Of a stretch of DNA of 64,000 nt, positions 8,280 through 17,988 are shown one piece after another (positions within the stretch are counted from its first letter, which is position 1; every line of letters starts with the position of its first letter). A program made the position numbers and the translations under genes. The notes beneath the pieces are model-generated. The model was not told the DNA's origin and ran no database searches. It saw only the letters and a list, made by a program, of their open reading frames with translations. Source of the stretch: Coriobacteriia bacterium (GTDB taxonomy: Bacteria; Actinomycetota; Coriobacteriia; Anaerosomatales; PHET01); the NCBI GenBank assembly GCA_035687245.1, contig DASRYH010000008.1, positions 23,713 through 87,712 of the forward strand, read 5' to 3'.

Positions 8280-10946
8280 ATGCCCCAGCGCACGATCGCA
8301 GTTATCGACGGCAACAGCCTGCTGCACCGCGCGTTTCACGCACTGCCTGAGTCGATGACGGCGCCCGACGGGCGACCCACCAACGCCGCGTACGGCTTCA
8401 TCTCGATGCTTCTCAAGCTCATGGCCGACATCCGGCCCGACGGCCTGGTGGTCGCGTTCGACCGCGGCATGCCGGCCTTTCGGCGGGAGGCCCTTCAGCA
8501 GTACAAGGTGCACCGGCCGCCGACCGCTGAGTCGCTTAAGGCGCAGTTCCCGATGGTCAAGCACCTGCTCGAGTCGATGTCGGTTCCAATCGTCGAGATC
8601 GAGCAGTGCGAAGGCGACGACGTGCTGGGTACGCTCGCCAAGCGTGGCACCGAGCAGGGGATGCGCGTGCTGCTCGTGACGGGTGACCGCGACGCTTACC
8701 AGCTCGTGAACGAGAACGTCAGCGTCGTGACCACCAAGAAGGGCGTCTCCGAGATCGTTGTCTTCGGGCCCGCTGAGGTCTACGAGCGCTACGGTGTTAC
8801 GCCTTCGCAGGTGCCGGACTACCTCGGCCTCAAGGGCGATACGAGCGACAACATCCCCGGCGTGCCGGGCATTGGCGAAAAGACCGCCGCCAAACTGCTA
8901 CAGCAGTACGGCGACATGGACACGATCATCGCTTCTGCCGAAGAGATCGGCGGGCGTGCAGGCGCGAGCATCGCCGAGAACGAAGAGGCTGCGCGCGCGA
9001 GCCGCACGGTGGCCACTATCTGGTGCGACGTGCCGATCGAGCTCGACCTCGCAAGTGTGGAGTTCGGTCACTTCGACCGCGCCGCGCTCGCGCAGGCCTT
9101 CGGCGAGCTGCGTTTCACTTCGATGCTCGACCGCGTGCTAGCGCTCGCTGCCCCCGGCGACGGTGCTGGGGACGCGGGGCCGGCTGTGGGCGCGAGCGAG
9201 GCCGGCGTACCGGCCGCTGCGTGCCGCGACTGCGTGAAGGGTGCTGCCGCCGAGACTGCCATGCGCGGCTGGATGCAGACGGGCGATGCGTGGCTGGGCG
9301 TGGCGATGGGTGTGCCCACCGACACGCTCTTCGCAGACTCTCGCGAGCTGGCGGTTGCCGGTCCCGGCGCTGTGGCCGTGAGCGATGGCGACGGAGTGCC
9401 CGCGCTGCTAGGAGAGCTGCTGGCGGGTGCTCGGGTGGCCGCTGCCGACGTCAAGGCACTGGCCGCCGAGATATGTCCCCCCGACGAGTCGGAGGCCTGC
9501 CGCCGTTCGCTGGAGCTGGACGACGCCAAGCGCCTCTTCGACTGCGGCATCGCGGCCTACTTGCTCGAATCCAACCGCTCCTCCTACGACCTCTCGTCGC
9601 TGCACGCAGACTACCTCGGCACACCCGCCCCTCAGGCCTCCGACCAGGTTCCCGAGGCGGCAGTGGCAGCCCAGCTCGCCGCCGATCTCGCGCCTGAGCT
9701 CGAGCGACGCCTCGAGCAGGACGGCTCCACCGGCGTCTTCCGCGACATCGAGATGCCGCTGGTACCCGTGCTGCTGCACATGGAGCGCGTGGGCGTTGGT
9801 CTCGACACGAGCGTGCTTGCATCGCTTGCCGAAGAGACGCACACGGCCATCGATCGCCTTCGTGGCGAGATCTTCGAGCTCGCGGGCGTCGAGTTCGTCA
9901 TCGACTCGCCCAAACAGCTTGCCGAAGTGCTCTTCGAGAAGCTGCAGCTGCCGGTGCAGAAGCGCACCAAAACGGGCTTTTCCACCGACGCGAGCGTGCT
10001 GGCGGCGCTCGCCCCGCTGCACCCGATCGCGGAGAAGATCGTCTCGTACCGCGAGATGACCAAGCTCACCAGCACCTATCTCGAGGCACTGCCGCGAATG
10101 GTGCGTGGTGACCGCAGGCTGCACACGTCGTTCAACCAGACGGTGGCGGCCACGGGACGGCTCTCGTCCTCGAACCCGAATTTGCAGAACATCCCGGTGC
10201 GCACCGACTTCGGCCGAAGGATCCGCGCCGCGTTCGTGCCTGCCGAGGCCGGCGACGTGATCGTGGCGGCCGACTACAGCCAGATCGAACTGCGCATCCT
10301 CGCGCACCTTTCGGCAGACCAGGGCCTCATCGATGCCTTCACGAGTGGCGAGGACTTCCATACTGCTACCGCCGCGCGAGTCTTCGGCGTGGATCCCGAT
10401 GCGCTCGAACCGGGGATGAGGGCGCGCGCCAAGGCCGTCAACTTCGGCATCGTCTACGGGCAGTCGGCGCACGGACTTGCCGACACTCTCAAGATCACGC
10501 ACGTCGAGGCGCAGGGGATGATCGACCGCTACTACGCAGCGTACCCGGGTGTCAGGCGCTATCTGGACGAGACGGTGGCGAGCGCTCACCGCGACGGCTT
10601 CGCCACCACGCTCTACGGCCGCAAGCGCCGCATCCCCGAGCTCATGAGCTCCAACTACAACCTGCGATCCTTCGGCGAGCGTACCGCCATGAACCACCCG
10701 ATGCAGGGCACGGCCGCCGACATCATGAAGCTGGCGATGATCGAAGTGCACCGCAAGCTGCACGCCTCAGGCCTCTCCGCACGCATGGTGCTGCAGGTTC
10801 ACGACGAACTCGTCTTCGAGTCGCCAGTCGCCGAAGTCGAGGCGCTCTCCGCGCTCGTATGCGAGGCGATGTCAGGTGTGGCGGCGCTGTCGGTGCCGCT
10901 CGAGGTGAGCGTGGGCAGCGGTCCGGACTGGGCGCAGGCGAAGTAG
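8280..10946 (+). CDS. polA: DNA polymerase I
   Basis: 5'-nuclease N-terminus (IDGNSLLHRAFHAL, GDRDAYQL). Pol motifs DYSQIELRILAH, KAVNFGIVYG, QVHDELVFE. Confidence 0.9.
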   Translation: MPQRTIAVIDGNSLLHRAFHALPESMTAPDGRPTNAAYGFISMLLKLMADIRPDGLVVAFDRGMPAFRREALQQYKVHRPPTAESLKAQFPMVKHLLESMSVPIVEIEQCEGDDVLGTLAKRGTEQGMRVLLVTGDRDAYQLVNENVSVVTTKKGVSEIVVFGPAEVYERYGVTPSQVPDYLGLKGDTSDNIPGVPGIGEKTAAKLLQQYGDMDTIIASAEEIGGRAGASIAENEEAARASRTVATIWCDVPIELDLASVEFGHFDRAALAQAFGELRFTSMLDRVLALAAPGDGAGDAGPAVGASEAGVPAAACRDCVKGAAAETAMRGWMQTGDAWLGVAMGVPTDTLFADSRELAVAGPGAVAVSDGDGVPALLGELLAGARVAAADVKALAAEICPPDESEACRRSLELDDAKRLFDCGIAAYLLESNRSSYDLSSLHADYLGTPAPQASDQVPEAAVAAQLAADLAPELERRLEQDGSTGVFRDIEMPLVPVLLHMERVGVGLDTSVLASLAEETHTAIDRLRGEIFELAGVEFVIDSPKQLAEVLFEKLQLPVQKRTKTGFSTDASVLAALAPLHPIAEKIVSYREMTKLTSTYLEALPRMVRGDRRLHTSFNQTVAATGRLSSSNPNLQNIPVRTDFGRRIRAAFVPAEAGDVIVAADYSQIELRILAHLSADQGLIDAFTSGEDFHTATAARVFGVDPDALEPGMRARAKAVNFGIVYGQSAHGLADTLKITHVEAQGMIDRYYAAYPGVRRYLDETVASAHRDGFATTLYGRKRRIPELMSSNYNLRSFGERTAMNHPMQGTAADIMKLAMIEVHRKLHASGLSARMVLQVHDELVFESPVAEVEALSALVCEAMSGVAALSVPLEVSVGSGPDWAQAK

Positions 10947-11007
10947 GGGAGCCTGCGGCTCAGAACGTATTGGGACACGAGAGCGGCCGTGCGCGACTGG
11001 CCGTGCG

Positions 11008-11679
11008 CTAATCCGCCTCGCGGCGCGTACGCGAGATGTTGGAGACGAGCAGTGCTACCACCGTGACCAGGTAGATCTGCCCGATCAGCGCCTCGAGGAT
11101 CGCGACCATGCGTGCGATGTCTGACCCCGGCACGAGGTCGCCATAGCCCACCGTCGACAGCGTGATGAAGCTCCAGTAGACGAAGTCGGATGGCCTTGCG
11201 AGGCCGATATCCGCGAAGAAGATGCCGGTGATGCGCTGGATAGCGCCGGCTACCACCACGAAGAACAGGCCCACCAGCAGGTAGATGCAGATGGCGCCAA
11301 CCACCGTCTGTATGGTGACCTTTCGGTGTTGGCTCAACCGCCGCGCGATGGCGACGGGGATGATGGCGACCAACACCAGCATGAGGACGTAGTAGGCGAA
11401 GGTCTCGAGCTGGGGCAGGTTCATGACGGTGGCGGCGACGACCACCACGAGCGCAACACCGCAGGTGATGGCCACAAGCCTACGGGTTCGAGGGTGTGAG
11501 TCCGAGGTGGAGACGGCAAGCATCGCGGTGAACGACTGCGCCCCCACGAGCAGCACCGCGCCCCAGCCGCCTGGATCAACCATCGCCAGCAGCCCGATCG
11601 TTGCGATGATCGCGAGCAGGAGGGGAAAGTAGCGGTCGAGCGCGTCGCGCACCTGACGCTGCACCTGCACGCACCTCAC
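11008..11679 (-). CDS. Two-TM-type potassium channel family protein
   Basis: K+ selectivity filter TLSTVGYGDLVPG preceded by several TM helices. Confidence 0.7.
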   Translation of the reverse strand: MRCVQVQRQVRDALDRYFPLLLAIIATIGLLAMVDPGGWGAVLLVGAQSFTAMLAVSTSDSHPRTRRLVAITCGVALVVVVAATVMNLPQLETFAYYVLMLVLVAIIPVAIARRLSQHRKVTIQTVVGAICIYLLVGLFFVVVAGAIQRITGIFFADIGLARPSDFVYWSFITLSTVGYGDLVPGSDIARMVAILEALIGQIYLVTVVALLVSNISRTRREAD

Positions 11680-11776
11680 TTGTTCGTGTCGGCACCCTAG
11701 GGTCGTTCGCCCGCGCGAGCCGGTTCGCGCAAGGTGATAGTAGCCGAATGGCCGATTCGGCGGGGAAGATGCGCCC

Positions 11777-11805
11777 TAGCACAACGGGTCACACGACGCT
11801 ATACT
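11777..11805 (+). promoter_or_regulatory. Candidate rpsA promoter TAGCAC-N17-TATACT
   Basis: Hexamers at 11777-11782 and 11800-11805. The same architecture (TAGCAT-N17-TATACT) precedes tRNA-Leu. Confidence 0.4.
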
Positions 11806-11966
11806 GTCGCCTTGGTGTCTGGAAAAGGTGTAGATACGCCCGGCACCGTGACAATATTGGCCCCTCGACATGTGTAGTCCTGTAGGCGACGACGAGGTTG
11901 AACGCGACCCAACGCTGTAGGCGACGGCATGACCCGGGGGCCCCGAGTTTGGAAGGGGTCCAAAGA

Positions 11967-13409
11967 GTGACCGAGCAGGAGAACAACGGAACGATTATCG
12001 AGCAGACTTCGTACACCGATGAGGAGATGCACGCCCTTATCGATGGCACGATGACCATGTTCGACGACGGTGACCTGGTCACCGGTACCATCGTCCGGGT
12101 CGAGCGCGACGAAGTGCTGCTCGACATCGGTTACAAGTCCGAAGGCGTCATCCCGTCGCGTGAGCTGTCGATTCGCAAGGACGCCAATCCCGCTGACATC
12201 GTCAACGTCGGCGACAAGGTCGAGGCCCTCGTCCTCCAGAAGGAAGACAAGGACGGCCGCCTGATCCTCTCCAAGAAGCGTGCGGAGTACGAGCGCGCCT
12301 GGAGCAAGATCGAAGAGAAGTTCGAAGCTGGCGAGAATGTCGAGGGCGAGGTCATCGAGGTCGTCAAGGGCGGTCTCATCCTGGACATCGGCCTGCGCGG
12401 CTTCCTGCCGGCATCACTCGTCGACCTTCGTCGCGTCAAGGACCTCTCGACCTACATGGGCCGCACCCTCGAGGCGCGGGTCATCGAGATGGACCGCAAC
12501 CGCAACAACGTCGTCTGCTCGCGCCGCGTGGTGCTCGAGGAAGGCCGCAAGCACGAGCGCGCCGAGATCCTCGGCAAGCTGCAGAAGGGCATGATCCTGC
12601 CGGGTAACGTCTCCTCGATCGTCGACTTCGGCGCATTCGTGGACCTCGGCGGTATCGACGGTCTGGTTCACATCTCCGAGCTCTCTTGGAGCCACGTCAA
12701 CCACCCGTCCGAGGTCGTCAAGGTCGGCGACCCGGTCAACGTTCAGGTGCTCGACGTCGACCTCTCCCGCGAGCGTATCTCGCTGGGTCTCAAGCAGACC
12801 ACCGAGGACCCGTGGAAGCAGCTCGTCAAGAACTTCCCGGTCGGCTCGATCATCGAGGGCGCTGTGACCAAGCTCGTGCCGTTCGGCGCGTTTGTCGAGC
12901 TGGGTGACGGTGTCGAGGGCCTCGTCCACATCTCCGAGATGGCCAAGGGCCACGTGGAGACGCCGGACCAGGTTGCTGCCGTCGGCGACAAGGTTCACGT
13001 CAAGGTCATGGACATCGACGAGGAGCGCCGCCGCATCTCGCTGTCGATGCGCTCTGCCGCCGAGACCCTCGGCTTTGAGATCGAGATCGCCGGTCGTCCC
13101 GAGGGCGAAGAGGGCGAAGAGGCTGAGGCCGTCGAGGGCGAAGAGGCCGTCGAGGGCGAAGAGGCCGCTGCTGTCGAGGAGACCGCTGAGGTCGAGGTTG
13201 CCGAAGAGGCCGCCGAGGCTGAGGTCGCTGAAGAGCCTGCCGCCGAGGTCGAGGTTGCCGAGGAGCCCGCTGCCGAGGCCGAGGTCGCCGAAGAGGCTGC
13301 CGAAGAGGTCGTCGAGGCTGAGGCCGAGGCTGCCGAAGAGGCCGCTGAGGAGCCCGTCGCTGAGGCTGAGGTTGCCGACGAGGCTGTCGAGGCTGAGGAA
13401 GCCGAGTAG
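11967..13409 (+). CDS. rpsA: 30S ribosomal protein S1 with long acidic Glu/Ala-rich C-terminal tail
   Basis: GTG at 11967 with GGAAGGGG upstream. Four S1 domains (GDLVTGTIVRV, GENVEGEVIEV, GMILPGNVSSIVDFGAFVDLGGIDGLVHISE, GSIIEGAVTKLVPFGAFVEL). Confidence 0.9.
   Translation: MTEQENNGTIIEQTSYTDEEMHALIDGTMTMFDDGDLVTGTIVRVERDEVLLDIGYKSEGVIPSRELSIRKDANPADIVNVGDKVEALVLQKEDKDGRLILSKKRAEYERAWSKIEEKFEAGENVEGEVIEVVKGGLILDIGLRGFLPASLVDLRRVKDLSTYMGRTLEARVIEMDRNRNNVVCSRRVVLEEGRKHERAEILGKLQKGMILPGNVSSIVDFGAFVDLGGIDGLVHISELSWSHVNHPSEVVKVGDPVNVQVLDVDLSRERISLGLKQTTEDPWKQLVKNFPVGSIIEGAVTKLVPFGAFVELGDGVEGLVHISEMAKGHVETPDQVAAVGDKVHVKVMDIDEERRRISLSMRSAAETLGFEIEIAGRPEGEEGEEAEAVEGEEAVEGEEAAAVEETAEVEVAEEAAEAEVAEEPAAEVEVAEEPAAEAEVAEEAAEEVVEAEAEAAEEAAEEPVAEAEVADEAVEAEEAE
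13100..13406 (+). repeat. Low-complexity GAG/GCC-rich tandem-like repeats encoding the E/A/V tail of S1
   Basis: Reiterated units such as gaggccgtcgagggcgaa (two adjacent copies) and gaggtcgaggttgccga variants. In-frame and coding. Confidence 0.6.
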
Positions 13410-13433
13410 CCGTTCGTCCATTAGTTCGGAATC

Positions 13434-13469
13434 GGGGCCGGGAGCGCTACGCTTCCCGGCCCCGTTTGT
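13434..13469 (+). terminator. Rho-independent terminator after rpsA
   Basis: GGGGCCGGGA (13434-13443) pairs with TCCCGGCCCC (13454-13463), followed by GTTTGT. Confidence 0.7.
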
Positions 13470-13517
13470 ACTAGGCTGGGACTGTTAGTCCGACTGCTTG
13501 GCGGGAGTTGCTACACA

Positions 13518-14132
13518 TTGCTCATCATCGCGCTCACCGGGGGGCTGGGCTCAGGCAAGAGCACGGCTGCGACCTACTTCGCATCGCGCGGCGCCATCAT
13601 TCTGGATCTGGATGAGCTGGCCGCGCGTCTGCTCACGCGGGGAAATCCCGTTCTTCGCAAGGTAGTGAAGGAGTTCGGCGAAGACATCTTGGACTTCGAC
13701 GGCTCGCTGAATCGTCGTGCCCTTGCCGCCAAGGCCTTCATCGATCGCAAGTCCGCGGACCGGCTTAACGGCATCATCCACCCGGCACTCGCACGCGAGA
13801 TCGGACCTGCGCTCACGAGTCTTCGGCTCATCGAGGTGCCGCCATCGGTCGTGGTTCTGGAGATCCCGCTGCTCGTGGAGGCGCCGGTCTTCATCGAGCT
13901 GGCCGACCAGGTCCTCGCTATCTCCGCGCCCGAGACCGTGCGCATCGCGCGTGCAGTCGTCGCCGGCTACGAGGAACTGGACGCGCGCAGCCGTGTTGCC
14001 CTGCAGGCAAGCGATGAGCAGCGCTCAGCGATTGCGGACGTCACGATCATCAACGACGCCGACCGGGCAACCTTCATGGACAAGCTCGACGCTTACTGGG
14101 AAGAGTACGTCGCGGCTTCGCCCCTGACCTGA
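13518..14132 (+). CDS. coaE: Dephospho-CoA kinase
   Basis: P-loop ALTGGLGSGKST at the N-terminus, about 200 aa, canonical position after rpsA. TTG start. Confidence 0.85.
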   Translation: MLIIALTGGLGSGKSTAATYFASRGAIILDLDELAARLLTRGNPVLRKVVKEFGEDILDFDGSLNRRALAAKAFIDRKSADRLNGIIHPALAREIGPALTSLRLIEVPPSVVVLEIPLLVEAPVFIELADQVLAISAPETVRIARAVVAGYEELDARSRVALQASDEQRSAIADVTIINDADRATFMDKLDAYWEEYVAASPLT

Positions 14133-14728
14133 TGGGTCGCCAGAGTCCTTGGGCGCTGCACCGCCTCGCGATCGTGGCAATCGTGCTGATACTCGGCGCG
14201 ATCACTCTGTTGTTCCTGCGCGGCCCCGAGGGCTGGCAGCGTCGCTACTACCCGTTGCGCTACCAGCAGGCCATCGAAGACTCCGCGATTCGGCACAAGG
14301 TGTCGCCGTACCTGATCGCCGCGGTCATCGAGGCCGAATCAGACTGGGAGCCTTCGGCCGAGTCGAAGGTGGGCGCTACCGGTCTGATGCAACTGATGCC
14401 ATCTACGGCCAAGCAGTTCGCGCGATGGAAGCGCGTTGACGCTGAGAGGTTCCCTCCCGACAAGTTGAGCGACCCCACCGTCAACATCGAGTACGGAGCG
14501 GCCTACCTGCGCTATCTTGTGGAGCGCTACCATGAGGTCGAGGCGGCGCTCGCCGCCTACAACGCCGGACTTGGTCACGCCGACGCGTGGGTGGCCCGTG
14601 GCGGCAACATCCGCGACCACATCGACTTTCCTGAAACGAAGCACTTCGTTCTGAAGGTCTCGCGTGGCAAGGACCGCTACGAGGCCTTGTATCCGGCAGC
14701 CTTCGAAGCCTGGAGAGAGACGCAGTGA
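14132..14728 (+). CDS. Membrane-anchored lytic transglycosylase (SLT domain)
   Basis: N-terminal TM helix. SLT catalytic block [26 protein letters not shown] and AYNAG. The start overlaps the coaE stop (TGATG). Confidence 0.75.
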   Translation: MGRQSPWALHRLAIVAIVLILGAITLLFLRGPEGWQRRYYPLRYQQAIEDSAIRHKVSPYLIAAVIEAESDWEPSAESKVGATGLMQLMPSTAKQFARWKRVDAERFPPDKLSDPTVNIEYGAAYLRYLVERYHEVEAALAAYNAGLGHADAWVARGGNIRDHIDFPETKHFVLKVSRGKDRYEALYPAAFEAWRETQ

Positions 14729-16833
14729 GTGACCAGAAACGGCTTGGACTTCCTCAGACCAACGCGGGAACGCGCCCGCTACGCGTTGTAGCGCCCTTCG
14801 AGCCCTCAGGCGACCAGCCGCTGGCAATCGAGCAGCTTGCCGAAGGCATCGAAAGCAAGATGCGTCACCAGACGCTTCTGGGCGTCACCGGCTCGGGCAA
14901 GACCTTCACGATGGCGAAGGTCATCGAGTCGGTGCAGAAGCCGACCCTAGTGATGGCACCCAACAAGACGCTCGCCGCGCAGCTTGCCTCCGAGCTCAAG
15001 GACTTCCTGCCGGACAACGCCGTCGTCTACTTCGTCAGCTACTACGACTACTACCAGCCCGAGGCCTACGTCCCGCAGACCGACACCTTCATTGAGAAGG
15101 ACTCATCGATCAACGAGGAGGTCGAGAAGCTGCGGCATGCGGCCACGGCTGCCTTGCTCTCGCGGCGTGACGTCGTGGTGGTGGCGTCGGTGAGCTGCAT
15201 CTACGGTATCGGTTCACCTGAAGACTACGCGGGCATGGCCGTCTTCCTCGACATCAGCAAGGGCTACGACCGCGACCAGCTCATGCGCGACCTCATTGAG
15301 ATCCAGTACGACCGCAACGACTTCGAGGTCGACCGCGGCACCTTCCGCGTACGCGGCGACGTCATCGACGTCTTCCCGCCCTACGCCGACCACCCCATCC
15401 GGGTCGAGTTCTTCGGCGACGACATCGAACTGATCGCCGAAGTGGACCAGCTCACCGGCGAGGTGATCAACCGCTTCGATTCGATCCCCGTCTGGCCGGC
15501 GACGCACTACGTCACCGAGAAGACCAAGATGGCGCAGGCGCTTGGCACGATCGCTGAAGAGCTGCGAGTGCGGCTCGACGAGCTGAAGTCGGCGGGCAAG
15601 CTTCTTGAGGCGCAGCGCCTTGAAATGCGCACGAACTACGACCTCGAGATGCTCGAGACCATGGGCTTCTGCACCGGCATCGAGAACTACTCGCGCCACC
15701 TCGACGGCCGCAAGCCGGGCGAGCCGCCCAACACGCTCATCGACTACTTCCCGGACGACTTCTTGTGCATCATCGACGAGAGTCACGTGACCGTGCCGCA
15801 GATACGTGGCATGCACGAGGGCGACCGCAGCCGCAAGATCACACTGGTAGAGCACGGTTTCCGGCTCCCGAGCGCGCTGGACAACCGCCCGCTGCGCTTC
15901 GACGAGTTCGACCAGCGCGTGCCGCAGTTCGTCTACGTTTCGGCGACTCCCGGCGACTACGAGATGAGAGTCGCCGAACAGGTCGTGGAGCAGATCATCC
16001 GTCCGACCGGCCTCATCGACCCCGAAGTGATCGTGCGCCCGGTAAAGGGTCAGATCGACGATCTCATCGGCGAGATCAAGGAGAGGGTGGAGCGCGACGA
16101 GCGTGTCTTGGTCACCACGCTCACCAAGAAGATGGCCGAAGACCTTACGGACTACCTCTTTGAGCAGGGCATCAAGGTGCGCTACCTGCACAGCGACATC
16201 GCCACGCTCGAGCGCGTGGAGATCCTGCGCGACCTGCGCGCGGGCGTGAACGACGTGGTCGTGGGCATCAACTTGCTGCGCGAGGGGCTCGACCTGCCCG
16301 AGGTGTCGCTGGTCGCGATCCTGGATGCCGACAAAGAAGGCTTCCTGCGCAACTTCCGGTCGCTCATCCAGACGATTGGTCGCGCCGCGCGAAACGTATC
16401 GGGCCAGGTCATCATGTACGCCGACAGGACTACCGACTCGATGAAGCTCGCCATCGACGAGACCAACCGGCGTCGCGCGAAGCAGGTCACATACAACGAA
16501 GAGCACGGCATCGAGCCGCAGACGATTCGCAAGGCGATCGCCGACATCGTGCAGTACGTCCGCTCGGGCGAGACCGAAGACCTGCCTGCGCTTGAAGCAG
16601 CACGGGAACTCGCGCAACTGCCGCGCGGCGAGGCGCTTCGGCTCATCTCGTCGATGGAAGAAGAGATGGCCTACGCAGCCGAATCGCTCGACTTCGAGAC
16701 CGCTGCGCGCCTGCGCGACCAAGTGGTTAAGCTGCGCGCCGAGATCGAGGGTTCCGAGGCAGGGGACGTGCTCGCGAACCTGAAGAAGGGCGCTCGCAAG
16801 GGGAGCGCATTCGGCAAGAGGAAGCGGCGCTAG
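14725..16833 (+). CDS. uvrB: Excinuclease ABC subunit B
   Basis: [10 protein letters not shown] Walker A, DESH box, C-terminal UVR domain ([22 protein letters not shown]). Confidence 0.95.
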   Translation: MSDQKRLGLPQTNAGTRPLRVVAPFEPSGDQPLAIEQLAEGIESKMRHQTLLGVTGSGKTFTMAKVIESVQKPTLVMAPNKTLAAQLASELKDFLPDNAVVYFVSYYDYYQPEAYVPQTDTFIEKDSSINEEVEKLRHAATAALLSRRDVVVVASVSCIYGIGSPEDYAGMAVFLDISKGYDRDQLMRDLIEIQYDRNDFEVDRGTFRVRGDVIDVFPPYADHPIRVEFFGDDIELIAEVDQLTGEVINRFDSIPVWPATHYVTEKTKMAQALGTIAEELRVRLDELKSAGKLLEAQRLEMRTNYDLEMLETMGFCTGIENYSRHLDGRKPGEPPNTLIDYFPDDFLCIIDESHVTVPQIRGMHEGDRSRKITLVEHGFRLPSALDNRPLRFDEFDQRVPQFVYVSATPGDYEMRVAEQVVEQIIRPTGLIDPEVIVRPVKGQIDDLIGEIKERVERDERVLVTTLTKKMAEDLTDYLFEQGIKVRYLHSDIATLERVEILRDLRAGVNDVVVGINLLREGLDLPEVSLVAILDADKEGFLRNFRSLIQTIGRAARNVSGQVIMYADRTTDSMKLAIDETNRRRAKQVTYNEEHGIEPQTIRKAIADIVQYVRSGETEDLPALEAARELAQLPRGEALRLISSMEEEMAYAAESLDFETAARLRDQVVKLRAEIEGSEAGDVLANLKKGARKGSAFGKRKRR

Positions 16834-16851
16834 GGGCTCGCGGGCAGCGGC

Positions 16852-17490
16852 CTAGGGTGCGTACTGCTCTTCGACTGCGGTGACCACGCCGTTTTGGACG
16901 GTCAGCCAGTAGCCGTCGGCGCGAAGTGCAGCGGTGTCCTCGTTGTTGGCGCTCAGGTAGCCCGCGAAGGTGGCGACGTCGGTGTCGTAGCCGCCGACTA
17001 CCGAACCCTCGCCCGGTCGCGTGGTGAGCCGCACGACGGTATCGGCCGCCAACTTGAGCGTGCTTGGACTCTCATCCTCATTGACGATGAAGTAGTCGTT
17101 TGGAGGAGGAGACTCCTCGCCGGCCTTGGTAGCTGCCTTTGCGGCGGCCTCGCCGGTGAGGTAGGTCGCGAAGTCCACCACGATCTTGCCGGGAGCACCG
17201 GGCGTCACTGACTTCACGAAGCCGAACTGCCGCTTGTCGGCTGGCTGGTTCGCCGGCGGCTGCGTGGAGGGCTGTGTCTGCGGGGGCGTCTCCGGGGTCT
17301 GGTTCAGCTTGTCGGAGAGATCCTGGACCTGCTTGTCAGATGCCTCAAGCCGCTGCATGACGCTGGAGAGGCTGCCTTGGAGCTTCGTGACACGGCCGCG
17401 CTCCGCGATGGACATGGCGGCGCTGCCTGCCACGATACCCAGCACCAGTGCGATCACCGCCACTGCCCACAGCCGTCCGTTCGAGTGCAT
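16852..17490 (-). CDS. Hypothetical membrane-anchored protein (coiled-coil, Pro/Gln-rich linker, C-terminal globular domain)
   Basis: Start probably at MHSNGRLWAVAVIALVLGIV (TM anchor). QTPETPPQTQPSTQPPANQP linker. No family recognised. Confidence 0.45.
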   Translation of the reverse strand: MHSNGRLWAVAVIALVLGIVAGSAAMSIAERGRVTKLQGSLSSVMQRLEASDKQVQDLSDKLNQTPETPPQTQPSTQPPANQPADKRQFGFVKSVTPGAPGKIVVDFATYLTGEAAAKAATKAGEESPPPNDYFIVNEDESPSTLKLAADTVVRLTTRPGEGSVVGGYDTDVATFAGYLSANNEDTAALRADGYWLTVQNGVVTAVEEQYAP

Positions 17491-17592
17491 GCGCGCCTCC
17501 GATTCCCTAGCAGATCTCACAACGATGCTAGCCGTACGGGGCGGGGATTGCACCCCCTTCACACGGTGTAAGCGTCGGCGTATGCTGCCTAT

Positions 17593-17988
17593 ATGAACAT
17601 CTGCTCAGATACTCAGTATCCTGAGAAGGACGAAGTCTGCGCCGTCGATGTGGTAGATGCCGACGCGGTCTCGCGCGTAGCTGCTGCCATCGCACCTCAA
17701 CCGCTCGTCGAGCGAACGGCTGCGTTGTTCGCCGCGCTCGCGGACCCGACGCGCTTTCGCATTCTCGATGCACTATCGCGAGAAGAGCTCTGCGTCTGCG
17801 ACCTCGCGGCGATCGCCCGTATCAGCCAGTCGGGCGTCAGCCACCAGCTGCGGCTTCTGCGCGACCGCGGGCTCGTGACCTACCGGCGCGACGGCAACCG
17901 CGCGGTCTACCGGCTCTCCGACGAGCACGTGCGCGACCTCATCCGCATCGGTGTCGAGCACGCCTCTGAGGGTGCTGTCGATGTCTGA
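17593..17988 (+). CDS. ArsR/SmtB-family metalloregulator, CadC/CmtR-like
   Basis: ELCVCDLAAIARISQSGVSHQLRLLRDRGLV HTH with the CVC metal site. N-terminal Cys4/Cys16 are present if ATG 17593 is used; GTG 17650 is an alternative start. The stop overlaps the ATPase start (ATGTCTGA). Confidence 0.8.
   Translation: MNICSDTQYPEKDEVCAVDVVDADAVSRVAAAIAPQPLVERTAALFAALADPTRFRILDALSREELCVCDLAAIARISQSGVSHQLRLLRDRGLVTYRRDGNRAVYRLSDEHVRDLIRIGVEHASEGAVDV
17604..17625. promoter_or_regulatory. Palindrome CTCA-GATACT-C-AGTATC-(C)TGAG, candidate ArsR/CadC operator
   Basis: Perfect 6-1-6 core GATACTCAGTATC at 17608-17620 with extended arms. It lies just after ATG 17593 and upstream of alternative start GTG 17650. 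Confidence 0.4.

Noticed and set aside
9408-10763. 451-aa minus-strand ORF, plus several 120-220-aa ORFs in other frames, inside polA
   Set aside because: polA motifs A, B and C lie in the plus frame. The alternative frames are Arg/Pro/Ala-rich artefacts.
13100-13406. Possibility that the GAG/GCC repeat block is a CRISPR array or noncoding tandem repeat
   Set aside because: The repeats are short, imperfect, in frame and continuous with the S1 ORF up to its stop codon. There is no repeat-spacer structure.
15214-16722. 502-aa minus-strand ORF inside uvrB
   Set aside because: It is antisense to a highly conserved helicase-fold gene, so it is a shadow ORF.
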